Shown in pieces: positions 40,958 through 53,569 of a stretch of 64,000 nucleotides of DNA. Each line of letters begins with the position of its first letter. The stretch's first letter is position 1. The DNA is taken from assembly GCF_006345805.1 (NCBI RefSeq), contig NC_042998.1:136338001-136402000 (forward strand). Reading direction: 5' to 3'. Position numbers and translations under genes: made by a program. Below the pieces are notes generated by a model, which was given only the letters and a program-made list of their open reading frames with translations, did no database searches and was not told the origin of the DNA. The stretch comes from Octopus sinensis. Its lineage: Eukaryota.

Positions 40958-42282
40958 CAAGGATGGGCTGAAAAGTTCAAAGGCTGACTATGAAGGAGTG
41001 ATGTTAGAGAAGTGAAATCTTGCATGCATTCATTTCAACTCTACTTACTTATAACTGCTTGTTTCTTTCCAGGTAAACTGACATGTGACTGTTCAAAGAC
41101 ATCAATCGTAAGTAATAGTGACTTCTATTCAAAATGGGCAAAATTGGGCATCCTGGTGTTATCAAGTACCTGCAGAAAAAGGGTTTAGCCTCCAAGGACA
41201 TTTATGCTGATATGTTGCTACATTAGGGAATTATGCTCCAGCTTTATCAACGGTACAAAAGTGGGTAGCTGAATTCAGGAGGGGAAGGGAGATTCTTGAA
41301 GATGACCCAAGGTTTGCATGTCCTGCAACTGTCACCATCTAGGAAAACATTGATCATGTTCACCACATGGAGATGGGTGATAGGCAATTGACTATAAATC
41401 AAATAGCCAATGCCATTAGTATATCCTGTGAAAGAGTTGACAAAAATAAAGGTTTCTGTTCAGTAGGTGCTACGTCTTTTGACACCTAATTAAAAGCACA
41501 CCAGTGGGAAAATCTGACATTGTTTGAGACAGATCCAGCTGGTTTCATTATAGGTTTCTTAAGCCAGGATAAGTGTTGGCTTCATCACTTTCAGTCAGAG
41601 ACAAAGAGACAATCTATGCAGTGGAAACACTCCAAAGACGACCATGGCTATCTCATCTGCAGGAAGGTGATGGCCTCAGTTTTTGGGGGATACAAAAGGC
41701 ATTGTGTTTATTGGCTATCTTCAAAAGGATCACACCATCAATGGAGAATACTATGCCAACTTGCTGAACAAACACCTAGGAAAATTGACAAAGGGGTCTT
41801 GTTTCATCAGGACAATGCTCCAGCACACAAATCCTTTGTTTCAATGGCTGCTGTGCATGACTGTGGCTTTGAATTAGTTGATCACTCACATTATTCTCTA
41901 TAGGAATACCTCACTTTATAGAAGTAATATGTTCCTGAACATCTGGTCATAATGTGAAATCCTACAATGTGAATTCATTTTCCAATTGATTTTCATGCTA
42001 TCAAGGGAGATTGCATTACCATGGACTTTTTCATAAACAAAAATAGATTTTTTTCCCTCCTCAACATGAAAAAATATTTGACTGGGAACCATATTGCTGT
42101 GATGATGACATCCTATCTTCTGTTGATGACTTTTTTAACTGACAAGATTAAAGCTTCTTCATTAATGGGATCCAGACACTGCAACCCTGATGGAAGAAGT
42201 ATGTGGACCACAAGGAGGACTATATTGGTCACATTTGATGAGAGTATTTTGGTCAACCTTTGAACTTTTCGGCCAACCCTCA
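40958..42282 (+). mobile_element. mariner transposon, near full length, inactivated
   Basis: TIRs CAAGGATGGGCTGAAAAGTTCAAAGGCTGAC / GTCAACCTTTGAACTTTTCGGCCAACCCTCA with a TA duplication; remnants VIKYLQKKG, QDKCWLHHFQSETKRQSMQW, KVMASVF and LFHQDNAPAH. Confidence 0.9.
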
Positions 42283-43613
42283 TACAAGTAATGTTCTTCT
42301 CTAGTCTTCTTTGAAAAACATGTCAAGCCATGGAGAAATATTTCCTTGCTTGGAAATGCAAAGGTTTATGATAGGAAGGTCATCCAGCCATAAGAAATCT
42401 ACCTCAACAAATTCCAGCTGACACATGCAAGGATGGAAAAGTGGATCTTAAAATGATAATGATGGTAATGATAGTGAAGGTGATGATGATGATAATGAAT
42501 TTCATTTAGTATTAAATTTCTTTTCTGAAAATTACTTTACTGATTATTTGTTTATTTTGTTACTGTTTTCATAATTTACTTTTAAGATATTCTTATCTTT
42601 TTCTATTATTTAAATCAAGAATAATATTGATTTTATTTTCAGGCTCATTTCATTTTCACATAAATGAAGTGTTTTGCATATGTTACTGTTTTACAGGAAC
42701 AAGATAAGATTTCTAAAATTTAAGTACAGCTTTTTAGAATGGCAGGTAATTTTTGGAATTATTTTCCTCTTAAAATTTTATCATTTATTTTCAATTTCTT
42801 ATCTACCTCTTCATTATCTTTAATAGTAATTTATTTATGTTTCCTATGTTAGTTATCTCAGTGATTACTTTGGAATGAAAACAATTTAAATTATCATTCA
42901 TCCATTATCAATTTTTAAAAAAAATCTTTAAAAGCAATTTCAGTATATTAACAACTCAACTACACAATGTATAAAATCTTGACAGAATAGATACACAAAA
43001 CAACAGAGTTCCTGTTTGTTCATTAACCTTTTTGTAACCATGTTTATGTGGAAATATATTGCTTTTGTTTCACTTAATTTTGAAATTGATGAATTAAGTT
43101 ATAAAAATAGCTGTCATTATTAAGCTGGTATCTGGAATATAAATTAACATGAAATTTTGATAGCAGGCTTTAATTTAGATAATTTAAAACATAGAATTTG
43201 TATCAGAACAAAGAGTTTAAGGCAGATTCATATAAAACAGTTGAAAAAAAATGATTTTAACATGTTTTTTTTTTCATCTTAGCATTGGTTCTGAAATTTT
43301 GTACATCATTCTGATCATCATTTAATGTTCAGTTTCCCATGTTTGCACACATTAGACATAATTTGTTGAGGCAATTTTTCTACAGGTGGATACCCTCCGT
43401 GTTGCCAACCCTCACTTGTTTCCAAGCAAGCTATTATTTCCCAATGGCCAGACATGTTTCTGTCAGCAAACTAGAAGCAAACATCGCTTGTATGACAGTG
43501 ATACTCGTTTACAACCATGAGGTGAAGTCAAAGGGATATATATACACAGGCATATTGTGTGTGTGTGTCTGACTTCAGATATTAGATCTCTGTAAAAGAA
43601 TGCAATAAAACAT

Positions 43614-43709
43614 TTCCCTGATGATCCATTGCAGTTAGGCATCAAAATGCACTTGAAATATCCAATGCAGGATTCCAAATAATTGCCAAGGCTGAAATAT
43701 ACATAGGAA
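43614..43709 (+). ncRNA. Type I hammerhead motif with long imperfect stem II
   Basis: Stem I TTCC/GGAA; CTGATGA 43618-24; CCATTGCAGTT/AATTGCCAAGG; GAAA 43694-97; AT-ATAC-AT stem III; AUA triplet. Confidence 0.6.
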
Positions 43710-43809
43710 CTATTAATTTATACTTATGTGTATCTTAATTGTTCCTGTGTGTGTGTGTGCATGCGTGCGTGTATGTGTGTGTGTATATATATATATATAT
43801 ATACATAGG

Positions 43810-44970
43810 TTGTGACCACAGAGGACATGCGAAGGCTTGAAAGAAATGAAGCTAGTATGCTTCGCTGGATGTGCAATGTCAGTGTGCATGTATGATAAAG
43901 TAGAAGTGTCTTGAGAGAAAAACTGGACATAAGAGACACCAGATATAATGTGCAAGAGAGACAACTGCGCTGGTATGGTCATGTGATGTGTATGGATGAG
44001 GACAGCTGTGTGAAGTACTCTGTTGAAAAATAGGCCCTGGAAGACATGGGACGAGGTGGTGAAGCATGATCTTTGGACCTCACAGATACGATGAAAAGTG
44101 ACCAAACCCTTTGGTAATATGCCGTGCTCAAGAAGACTCATCAAGACAAGTGAAATTGTAGTTGTGGCCAATGCCGGAGTCATGTAACTGACACCCATGC
44201 CAGTGGCACATAAAAAAACATCTGTACCAGTGCCACGTGAAAAGCACTCATTACACTCAGCACTGGATTAACCCTTCAGCAAAATAAGCATGTGTTTAGA
44301 GCATTGAGGGAAGGGTGGGCACCACAGAAATTGTAAATAATTTATGGCACATTAGAAATCGTTTTAAACTTGCTAAAATAAACATTATTGAGTGTGCCTT
44401 TCCAAATGTAGACATTACCTTTTGTATATTTTTAACATTAATGGTCACAAATTGCTCAGCTAAGCGTTCATTATCTCAGTTGAAGTATATTAAAAATCTC
44501 GTCAAAACAACTATGCAACAAGGCAGGCTGGATGCTTTATTTTCACTAAGAAGGGAAGCAGATGTGTTACATAAGTTTAATTTTGAAGAACTGTTCAAAG
44601 AATTTGCAATTAAAGAAAGTTGGAGAAAACTTTTCAAATATAAATAAAGTGGAATTATACAAAAATAAACATTCTTTCCCATCTTACTGTTAGCTTTGTT
44701 TCATTTGGAAAAATTTAAATTTATTTTATGATTTAGTATTGTTTATATTCTGGATTATATGTGTGGGGACACTAAAACCTTTTGAGTGCTTAGGGCTTCT
44801 ATGGGTCTTAATCTGGTTCTGATTACATGCTTGGACTGATTGGCATTAGGAAGGACAACCAGCTGAAGAAACTATGCCAAATCATACTGGAACTTAGTGC
44901 AGCTCTCCAGTCAAAGTGTCTAACGCATGCCAGCATGGAGAGCAGATGTTAAATGATCATAATCATCATG
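43810..44970 (+). mobile_element. RTE LINE 3' end interrupted by a hAT element
   Basis: ERNEASMLRWMC, LRWYGHVM and PWKTWDEVV remnants; the UTR resumes after 44821. Confidence 0.75.
44258..44821 (+). mobile_element. Non-autonomous hAT transposon retaining the C-terminal dimerisation domain
   Basis: TIRs CAGCACTGGATTAA / TTAATCTGGTTCTG; 8-bp flanks ATTACACT/ATTACATG; ORF 44315..44647 has FPNVDI...LTLMVTNCSAKRSLSQLKYIKN...MQQGRL. Confidence 0.85.
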
Positions 44971-45136
44971 GAATGTGTGTGTGTTTGAGTGAAGTTTCCA
45001 AATAAGACTTTTCCAGTGTCTTCCGATGGAAGTTTTTGATTTAAGTTTTCACTTAGGCATTGCAAAACTAATAATCTGGTGTAGAGCTCAATATATGCAT
45101 ATGTTTCAGAATAAAGTGTTAGCTGAGTATAGAGCA

Positions 45137-45487
45137 ATATGAGGGATGAAAAAGGAATAAATGACTTATAGTTGAATGCCTGAATAATGCTTTATAGGTT
45201 CATCAGAGCCTTGAATATGAAGTGCAATTTATTTGGATCTAATTACTTTTTGGACATACTCTATTTTACATCTGTATTGACTTTCTCATTGTTGATGCCA
45301 TCCTCTATATGGACACAAATGTAATTCTTTCCCAAATAAATTGCACTTCATATACGAGGCTCTGATGAACTTATAAAGGTATTATTCAGGCATTCAACTG
45401 AGTCCACTACATCTTATAGCAGAAACAGCAGTAAGCTAATGAAGTTGATAAGATAATCATTTATTCCTTTGTCATCTCTCTTTTATA
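45137..45487. repeat. Head-to-head inverted duplication of a hammerhead-bearing unit
   Basis: 45170-45236 is the reverse complement of 45332-45399; 45137-45168 matches 45453-45485 in reverse, so the left arm is internally deleted. Confidence 0.85.
45358..45437 (+). ncRNA. Type I hammerhead motif with long stem II
   Basis: GGCT-CTGATGA (45362-68)...TATAA/TTATA...GAAA (45422-25)-C-AGCA-GTA-AGCT. Confidence 0.6.
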
Positions 45488-45649
45488 TCTTCCATCAACC
45501 AAACTCACTCACTAAGGCTGTGGTTGGCTAGAATAGAAGATACTTGCCCCATCCAACCCATGCCAACATAGAAAATAAATGTTAAATGCTGCTGCATTGG
45601 TCAAACTAAAATATCAATTTTTCAGAATATATGTCTTTTTCAAATAAGA

Positions 45650-45709
45650 GTTACTGATGAGGGTCGTCTTTATGTAATAAATCCCTAAAAATAGTGTATA
45701 AAGAGTAAC
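45650..45709 (+). ncRNA. Decayed hammerhead motif
   Basis: GTTA-CTGATGA-GGG...CCC-TAAAA (GAAA lost)-TAGTGTA...TAAC. Confidence 0.35.
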
Positions 45710-47591
45710 ACTTACAACGAAAGCTCAATACTATTTTAATAACTAATTATTTTATTCTGTGTAAGATACATATTGTTATTCAATTCCATCCTGGAATTAG
45801 AACTCTTCTGTTTATCATCTGAAAATTTTCTTTGTTCATTTTATACTTGCTTGTCCATGCTAGCATGGGTTACATGAATACTTATCATTGAAGCATTATT
45901 TTACTGTCAAATGCCTTTCTTGTTATCACATTTATCTGTTTCCCAAGTAGGAAACATTTTCTTTTATTTCGCTGGTTTTCTAAAGTGCAAAGTTACATGA
46001 TAATTTTTTAACAGGGAACATCAATATAACCCACTTTTGCTCAAATGCTTTACTGCAAAAACATCATGGAACGCAAACCTTCTCACACAGACACACACAA
46101 CTCTCTCCTTCATGTGTGTGTGTGTGTGAAGGTGTATGGCTTAGAGGTTAGGATGTTGCACTCACAAATGCATGATCATGGTTTTGATTCTCAGACCAGT
46201 TGTTGCATTGTGTTCTTCAGCAAAGCACTTCATTTCACGTTGATCTGTGATCATTTTGTCATCTGACATGTGGCACAGTGCACCTGTACAGGTAATGTCG
46301 ATGTATTGGAAGGAGTGAGCTTATGTGAACACAAACATTTGATCATTATAAACAATCATCTGTGTGGTTGTTCAGCAAGAAATTGCTGAGCCATCATACA
46401 TTATCTAACGACAAGAGAATCTATGATATATATATGAACTAAGAGAAAAACTGGGTATAAAAGGAATCAGATGTAGTGTGCAAGAGAGGAGATTGCATGT
46501 TAGTGTGTTTACTTTAATCCTTTTGTTACCATATTTGTTTTAATACATTGCTTTTGCTTCAATTATAAAAATAATGAAGAATTTAGTAAAATAACTTTGT
46601 TCTTATTAAATTGGAGTTTAGAACATGAATTAAACATGAAATTTTGGTGAAAAGTTTTAATTTAGATCACTTTAAGCAGGTGGTTTATATCACAGAAGTC
46701 AGGGTGATCTTGACCAGGTTACTTTTAATCAGGTGTGAGGAAAGTATCCTCAAACAAGAGTCCTGGTGCGAGTGCTTGCAAGAGAATAGACTCTGCTAAA
46801 GGTACTAAGAACAAGTGTTGGAGTTAAATTAGGTGATAGATTAAGTCTACTACCCAAGTAGACCATGGCAGGATTTGAACTCCGAACACAAAGAGCCAGA
46901 AGAAATATCTTCTCACAGTTCCACCACTCCACTGACTTGGATTGGAATGTATTTTATTGACTCTGAAAGAATTCTGAAAGGATGAAAGACAAAGTCAATC
47001 TTGGCAGGATTTGAACTTGGGAAGTTGAGTATCAGAATAAATATCACAAAGCATTTTATTCAAATGTGTTATAATTGTCATTTCACCACTTGTATGTGTA
47101 TTATGGAATGTAGAGCAATACACAAGATTAACATGTAAGGTTAATAACCACATGACCAGTAGTTTAATTCTTACTATTAACCATTGTATTAAACTTAGAC
47201 ATGACTTTACTTCACTTAGTTCCACTAATTAACCCTTTTGATATTCATCCACCTGAGAAAACCCCTGATACTATGATACAAACTTCTGTCTTAAAGTAAT
47301 CTAAATTAAAACTTTCCATCATAATCTTTTGTTATGTCCCAAATGCCAGCTTAATGATGACAAAGTTATTTTACTAAATTCTTTGTTATTTTCAAAATTA
47401 AATGAAACAAAGATAGAGTACCTCAACAGAAATATGGGAACAAAATGGCTAAGTGTTCACTAGGTCAAGCAATTAGCAACAGAAACAGCATTAAAGTACA
47501 ACATATTTGCTTCAATAATATATAACTTAAAATTAGTAATCATTTGATTTATGCTAATATGAAAGAAGAATGGATGTACAAGAATGTACCC

Positions 47592-47873
47592 CAGTGGTTT
47601 CCAAAGTGGGTGGTGCTGCCCCACTGGGGTCAGTGGAAAGATTGAGGGGTGCATTGAAGAGAGGCAATAATGGGGTAGCCAAAAGTGGGTGAGGGATGTA
47701 AAAACAACAAAAAAATGGGTTGATTAGGTTAAGTTTTATTTGTGAAATACAGCTGTTTTGAATTTACTGCAGAAAGTGGCCTCTATTTGTTGTGGTGAAT
47801 TGGGTTAGGGGTGCTAGGTTTGTGGCCAGGGTGCCAAGGGGGTGGCAGCCAGAAAAATGTTTGGGAACCACTG
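47592..47873. mobile_element. hAT (Charlie-like) MITE
   Basis: TIRs CAGTGGTTTCCAAA / TTTGGGAACCACTG; perfect 8-bp TSD ATGTACCC (47584-91, 47874-81). Confidence 0.9.
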
Positions 47874-49707
47874 ATGTACCCTATAACATTCTCATCACTT
47901 ATCAATCATTTTTCCATGCTTGTATGGAGTGGACAGGCTTTCACTGTCCTGCAGCAAGTTGCTTCCTTGGTCATTTCCTTCATGATGGTCAGCATCCTGA
48001 CATCGGCCTTCATCCCTTCAGCCCACATTTTCTTTGTCTGTTAGTTCCCTTTATGTAGTTCTCCTTTCATTTCTTTAACCCTCTATCAAACACATTTTCA
48101 AAATAGTATGAATATACTCTGCATATTAAAATAACCAATTAAAATATGTCTGTACTGGCATAAACTCGAGTCTAATAAAGTACCAATTTCTATATTGTTC
48201 ATAACATTAACAAAACAGGGCCTAAACAACAGTAACTTCAGCTAAAAATATCCCACACACTTCATTACGATTTACATATTAAAATCAACAGAAATTCTAC
48301 ATCAGGAATGGTTCTAGAAAGAAGAAAACTGAAAATGACCTTCTCCTCATCTCACTATTGTAAAGATGTTTTTAAAGATGGGGGGGGGGCAAAGAAACTA
48401 AACCAAAATCCTAAAAAAATTTTGTTCCAAATTTTTCTGAAAATTAAAAATGAGCTATTTTTGGAGCAAACTCAATATTGTAAACAAAATGCCAATGAAC
48501 CAATGACAGAGTCTCTTCTTTGTCACTAGGCCTGCTAGAAATAACAGCCAAAGCTTCCTCAAATCAAACTCTACTGTGTTAAACAAGTACACATTCAATA
48601 ATGTTGTCAGTAATTCTAAAATCATGGCCTTGGCTGGAATGTCTCATATTAAAGATTTGCTCAATCAACAACATAATGAGTTAATTAGAAAATCTTCCAC
48701 ACAATTGCTCGAACTACTACAAAAAGCAGCCAAGTTATTATCATTGTTTTAACATCCACTTTCCATGCTCACATGGGTCAGATGGAATTTGTGGAAGCCC
48801 TTTTTTTATGGTCGAATGCCCTTCCTGTTGCCAACCTCCACCTATTTCCAAGTAAAGTAATATTTTCCCATGACCAGACATGTTTCCAAAGAGGATTGGA
48901 AATAAGACACAGCTTGCATTTAAACTATCAGGCAAAGTCAGGGCAAGATGGCAATGCATGGACAAAAACACGAATAATTCTCTACTGACTTTAAAAATAG
49001 GCAAATTAAAATAATCTACCTCTAGATGTATGTCAGGATGGTTACAACTGGAAAATCTTTGAATTACCAGTCTGCTCCAGAGCCAACCTGGGACTAAACA
49101 ATAACAACAACCTAACAAGTTAAAAGTTTTTTTTAATACAGGACTGTGAAAGGATATTTTTTCAGTAACAAACACGATTCATTCTCATCATCATTAATTT
49201 TCCCCTCATTTAAGCCACACAAAATTATTCCCCTTTATACGTAAATCAAACCAAACAAAATATCTCGATAATACTGTGATAGTTGTTTCGAACATAGGCT
49301 AAATCTTAATTTAATTGGCATCTAAGAGCACACACACTATTTAAATGTAATTAAAAGTTACAGATAAACATGGTATAATCCATTAGAATCATTTTTGTCT
49401 TCACGATAGTCTCTTTGTATTATTATGATAAGAAAAAAAAAGTTTAAATCTATAGCATTTGACCAACAAGTATGAAAGACAAAATATCACAGAATTTTCA
49501 AGAAAGACAGTCTGTTGTTTTTTATTATTTATACTCCATACTTATCTTTGGTTTGTTTGTTTTTTTAGTTTATTCTTATCTTTTGGCAGCAACGCTTGTG
49601 ACTATCGACAGAATTCTAACTAACTTGGCATTAGATAGACTCTGAAGTAGGATTACCAAGAGGCAGTAATTACTTAATTTACAGAACAGAAACACTAACG
49701 TCCTATG

Positions 49708-49827
49708 TTATAACCACTGCTCAGAAGAACTAGCAGAAATGTCCATTAATTTCCAAGCAGCTCGTGGATCAAGTTCTTCTTGGTCACGACACAATGCCCA
49801 TACATAAAATATCCGCAGAATTTGATC
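49708..49827 (-). CDS. TIMM44: Tim44, last coding exon
   Basis: cag|DQILRIFYVWALCRDQEELDPRAAWKLMDISASSSEQWL*; matches the Tim44 C-terminus. Confidence 0.97.
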   Translation of the reverse strand, partial: DQILRIFYVWALCRDQEELDPRAAWKLMDISASSSEQWL

Positions 49828-50410
49828 CTGAAACAGCAATAAAAAAGAAAGTATTAAAGGGTTTTTAAAAAATATTTTTTGATAGCAATAATAGAGGATA
49901 AAACTATTTTTAAAAATTTTATCAGTGGCCAGCATATAAAATGAAACCAATTAAGGTGAAAATTATATGTATAATTATAATAAGGGCTTAGAAAAATTTT
50001 CCAGCCTATATACTGAGAAATAGATGCTAAATTGTCTCGCCACTCAAAGAAATCACAAACACACATGTTGAATTCGATGCAACAATCTAATGGAAATTTT
50101 TAATAATATAGATGGTTCTGTATTAGCCTAAAGGCTCTCCTGTTTTCAGCAGAACACAATAATAGAAATAAATGAAATATTTATATATATATACTCACAG
50201 GAAAGCAAAATGCAAAGCCACAAATACACATAAATACCCCATATATCTCCGAAACAAATTAGCATGGTAAAAACTAATATAAAATATTTGTTAATTTTGT
50301 GTCGAGCAAAATGCTTACAAACATTTCTTCCAGCTCATTACATGCTGAGCTTAAAACCCACCAAGGTCAACTCTGCTTTTTAGAGAAACTGCCAAATAAA
50401 TTGCAAGTCA

Positions 50411-51590
50411 TGAGGTGCATACCAAAAGTTTTGAAATTTGTAACTGTCTTTGATTATTGTAATTTTAGTATATCATTACTATACGGCCAATAAGCTGACC
50501 TGCCAACTTTTAGGAGATGGCTGTAACAGCACTTTGAACTCGCCCTACATAATACTGTTTGTCACAGTTGACTAGTTTTCAGAATTAAGTCAGGATCATT
50601 TGGAAGCTCGCTATGCAAAAGTTTTGTTCTAAACTGGACAAAAGCATGCTTTCCACTGGCACAAGAGGTTCAAGGATGGTAGAGAGGAGGTGAGAGACAA
50701 TGAGAAGTGTGGGATGGAGAGGGATGTTAGATCATATGAGCTGGTTGACAAAATTTGCAATCTTCTGGGTGAAGACCGTCTTGTGTCTATAATAGCAATA
50801 AGCATACAATTTAGAGTTGGTGTGGCAACTGTATGCAGAATTATTCGTGGAGATCAGAACATGTGCAAAATTTGTTCTCAAGGTGCTTGGTTACGAGCAT
50901 CCTGATAACCAACTACTTAACAGAGATGGGCATCTTACTGACCCTCAATCTCCCTTCCAGGTTCAGTCCCACTGCATGGCACCTTGGGCATGTGTCTTCT
51001 ACTATAGCTTTGGGCTGACCAAAGCCTTGAGAGTGGATTTGGTAGATGGAAACTGAAAGAAGCCCGTCGTATATATGTATATATATACGTGTGTGTGTGT
51101 GTGTGTGTATGATTGTGTGTCTGTGTTTGTCCCCGCAACATCGCTTCACAACTGATGCTGGTGTGATAACAACCCCGTAACTTAGCGGTTCAGCAAAGGA
51201 GACCGATAGAATAAGTACTAGGCTTACAAAGAATAAGTCCTGGGGTCGATTTGCTTGACTAAAGGCGGTGCTCCAGCATGACCACAGTCAAATGACTGAA
51301 ACAAGTAAAAGAGTAACAGTCCAGACCTAACACCTGGTAACTTTTGGCTGGTCCACAAGTTAAATGGGAACTTCAGGAGCAGTTGTTTAGAAGAGGAAGG
51401 AGGCTGTGACAAGGATCCTGGAGACCTTCACTTTGGCGGACTTGCATGGGGCCTTCATGATGTGGCTGGAGTGCTATGACTAGTGCACTGAAGTCAGAGG
51501 ATCCTACTTTGAAGGAGATTAGAGTTTTGTTTTTTGAAATTAATAAATGTCACTCCTGAAAATGTTGGAAAACTTCTGGAATGCCACTCG
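50411..51590 (+). mobile_element. Internally deleted mariner in the last TIMM44 intron, with a SINE inserted at 50955-51315
   Basis: WHKRFKDGREEVRD and GVATVCRII HTH remnants; SPDLTPGNFWL after the SINE; imperfect TIRs TGAGGTGCATACCAAAAGTTTT / AAAACTTCTGGAATGCCACTCG. Confidence 0.8.
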
Positions 51591-51820
51591 TATACACAAG
51601 TATTAAAAACTTTATAGTTAGATATGAATACTAAGGACTCCACAGATGAAAAGTGAGACAGAAAAAAAAATTCATTATATAAGATACACTCAAAGCAATT
51701 TCAAAATTATTTCAACAACGAAAAAAACTAATATTTATTATTGGCAAGACAGTTCTCTCCCTTGCAATGGAATGACTAATGAAACAACTTATGTAAAGAC
51801 AAAGAAACTTAATCACTTAC

Positions 51821-51931
51821 AGGATTTCCTTCAACAATATTGCCTTGACCATTCCTTACTGCCATAATCTGTTGGCTGTTGAAGCTAATGATAAGTACAG
51901 GACCTTGTTCCATCATCTTCCCAGCAGCAAT
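51821..51931 (-). CDS. TIMM44: Tim44 exon
   Basis: cag|IAAGKMMEQGPVLIISFNSQQIMAVRNGQGNIVEGNP|gtaag; 111 nt, phase 0/0. Confidence 0.97.
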
Positions 51932-52918
51932 CTGAAGAAAACAAAATACATAAACATGAGAAAGTGTAAGAGAGACAGAAGAACGTTAATCCAAAGTAAC
52001 TTTACTAGTCTATATAGTGCAAGATAGCCATATTCTATATAATAAGTCTCTATATTGTAGTAATGGCTAATCTTGACAGCAAAAAAATATCCTTAAACAG
52101 CTAATTCATATTAACTTGCTTCATCTAAATTTAGAGGCTGACATCTTTACAGATGTCAACATCATTATCCTTATCTTTTTAACATCTACTTTTCTATGCC
52201 TGCATAGATCAGATGAAATTCGTTAAAGTAGATTTTGTAGAGCTGGATGCTTTTCCTGTCACCAACCCTTAACTGAGCACAAACGGCACAATGGCCAAAC
52301 ATGTTTTCATGGAGGAAATGCAAATAACAGTGTCAATACAAGGAAATTCAAACACATGAAGGAAGTAAGCATCTTTACACTTCCTGCCGACCAAAGCTAA
52401 TCACACAGCTTTGGTTGGTGGGGCTACAGTAGAAGACACTTGCCCAAGGTGGAAGGAGAGGGACTGAATCCAAAACCACAAAGCTGCAACAAGCACTTCT
52501 TTGACCACACAGCAATGCTGCATTTAAACTTAATCAACTACCAGCTGTAGCCAACCAGACAAGTCGAGAAGTATACACATTAAACTAAACAAAGTAGTTG
52601 GGTGCATCTATGTGTAAACATTTAAGGATGAACAGTCAATGGACTGAAGCTCATGATTTTAAAATTAGCAAACGACATAATAGGTTTGATCATACAAACA
52701 AGAGAACAGAAATCATATGAGTACATATATTGTTTTATTACCAATAATCAGTAGAAGTTTCAGAGTGACTTGAAAGGGTTTGGCACTTATCAAAGTTTGA
52801 TTACTGCCAATAAACAAAATTCTTGGCCCTTGAGTCTCTGTAACTTCTGCCAAATTATTAATAATAAACCAATAACATAATATTAATTTATAGATATATC
52901 AATTCATAAAGTACTTAC

Positions 52919-53008
52919 ATCTATGTTGTTGATATCCAGAACCCGAGAATCAAACCTGTAACCAGCAGCATAGGCCTGTCTGATGGGATGAGCTAGAGTG
53001 TTGAATGG
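52919..53008 (-). CDS. TIMM44: Tim44 exon
   Basis: tag|PFNTLAHPIRQAYAAGYRFDSRVLDINNID|gtaag; 90 nt. Confidence 0.96.
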
Positions 53009-53518
53009 CTACAAAATTTTTCAATAAAAATTATATAAATTCAGAGAATGTTAAAGGAACTCAGGTAAACCAATATCTCCCCGTTAATCCTAACTAACAG
53101 TTGTTATATGTATTCTAGAGAAGTGGGAGACAGTGAGTAATGAAATGCACAAATAATTTAGAAAATTAGGGTGGGAGGACAGAACAATCATTATCATCAT
53201 CATCATCATGTTTGTTTGTCCATGCTGGCATAAACGATTTGTAGTAGCACTCCAGGATTGATCAAAGGACCACAGCTCACTTGTAAGCCTCATTTTTAGC
53301 ATGGTTTCTGGCTCACAAGTTCCTATCAACCATCCAACCCATGCCAGCATGGAAAATAAACATTAAATGGTGATAATGAAGATGAATAAAGAAGATGAGA
53401 TAGATGATTCCATTAAATTATCAGATGGATTATTTTTAAGTCTTGTGTATTTATTTAACAAATTTCATAAAATATCAAGCACTGAAATCTTTGAAAACAG
53501 GAAATAAAAGTTACTCAC

Positions 53519-53569
53519 AGCCTCATAACACCAGTCTTTTAGGATTTCAAGGTCACCTCGAATCATTGC
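53519..53569 (-). CDS. TIMM44: Tim44 exon
   Basis: cag|AMIRGDLEILKDWCYEA|gtgag; 51 nt. Confidence 0.96.

Noticed and set aside
49521-49574. AATAAA signals (minus strand) downstream of the TIMM44 stop
   Set aside because: Plausible, but such hexamers are common in AT-rich DNA; the true site cannot be picked without transcripts.
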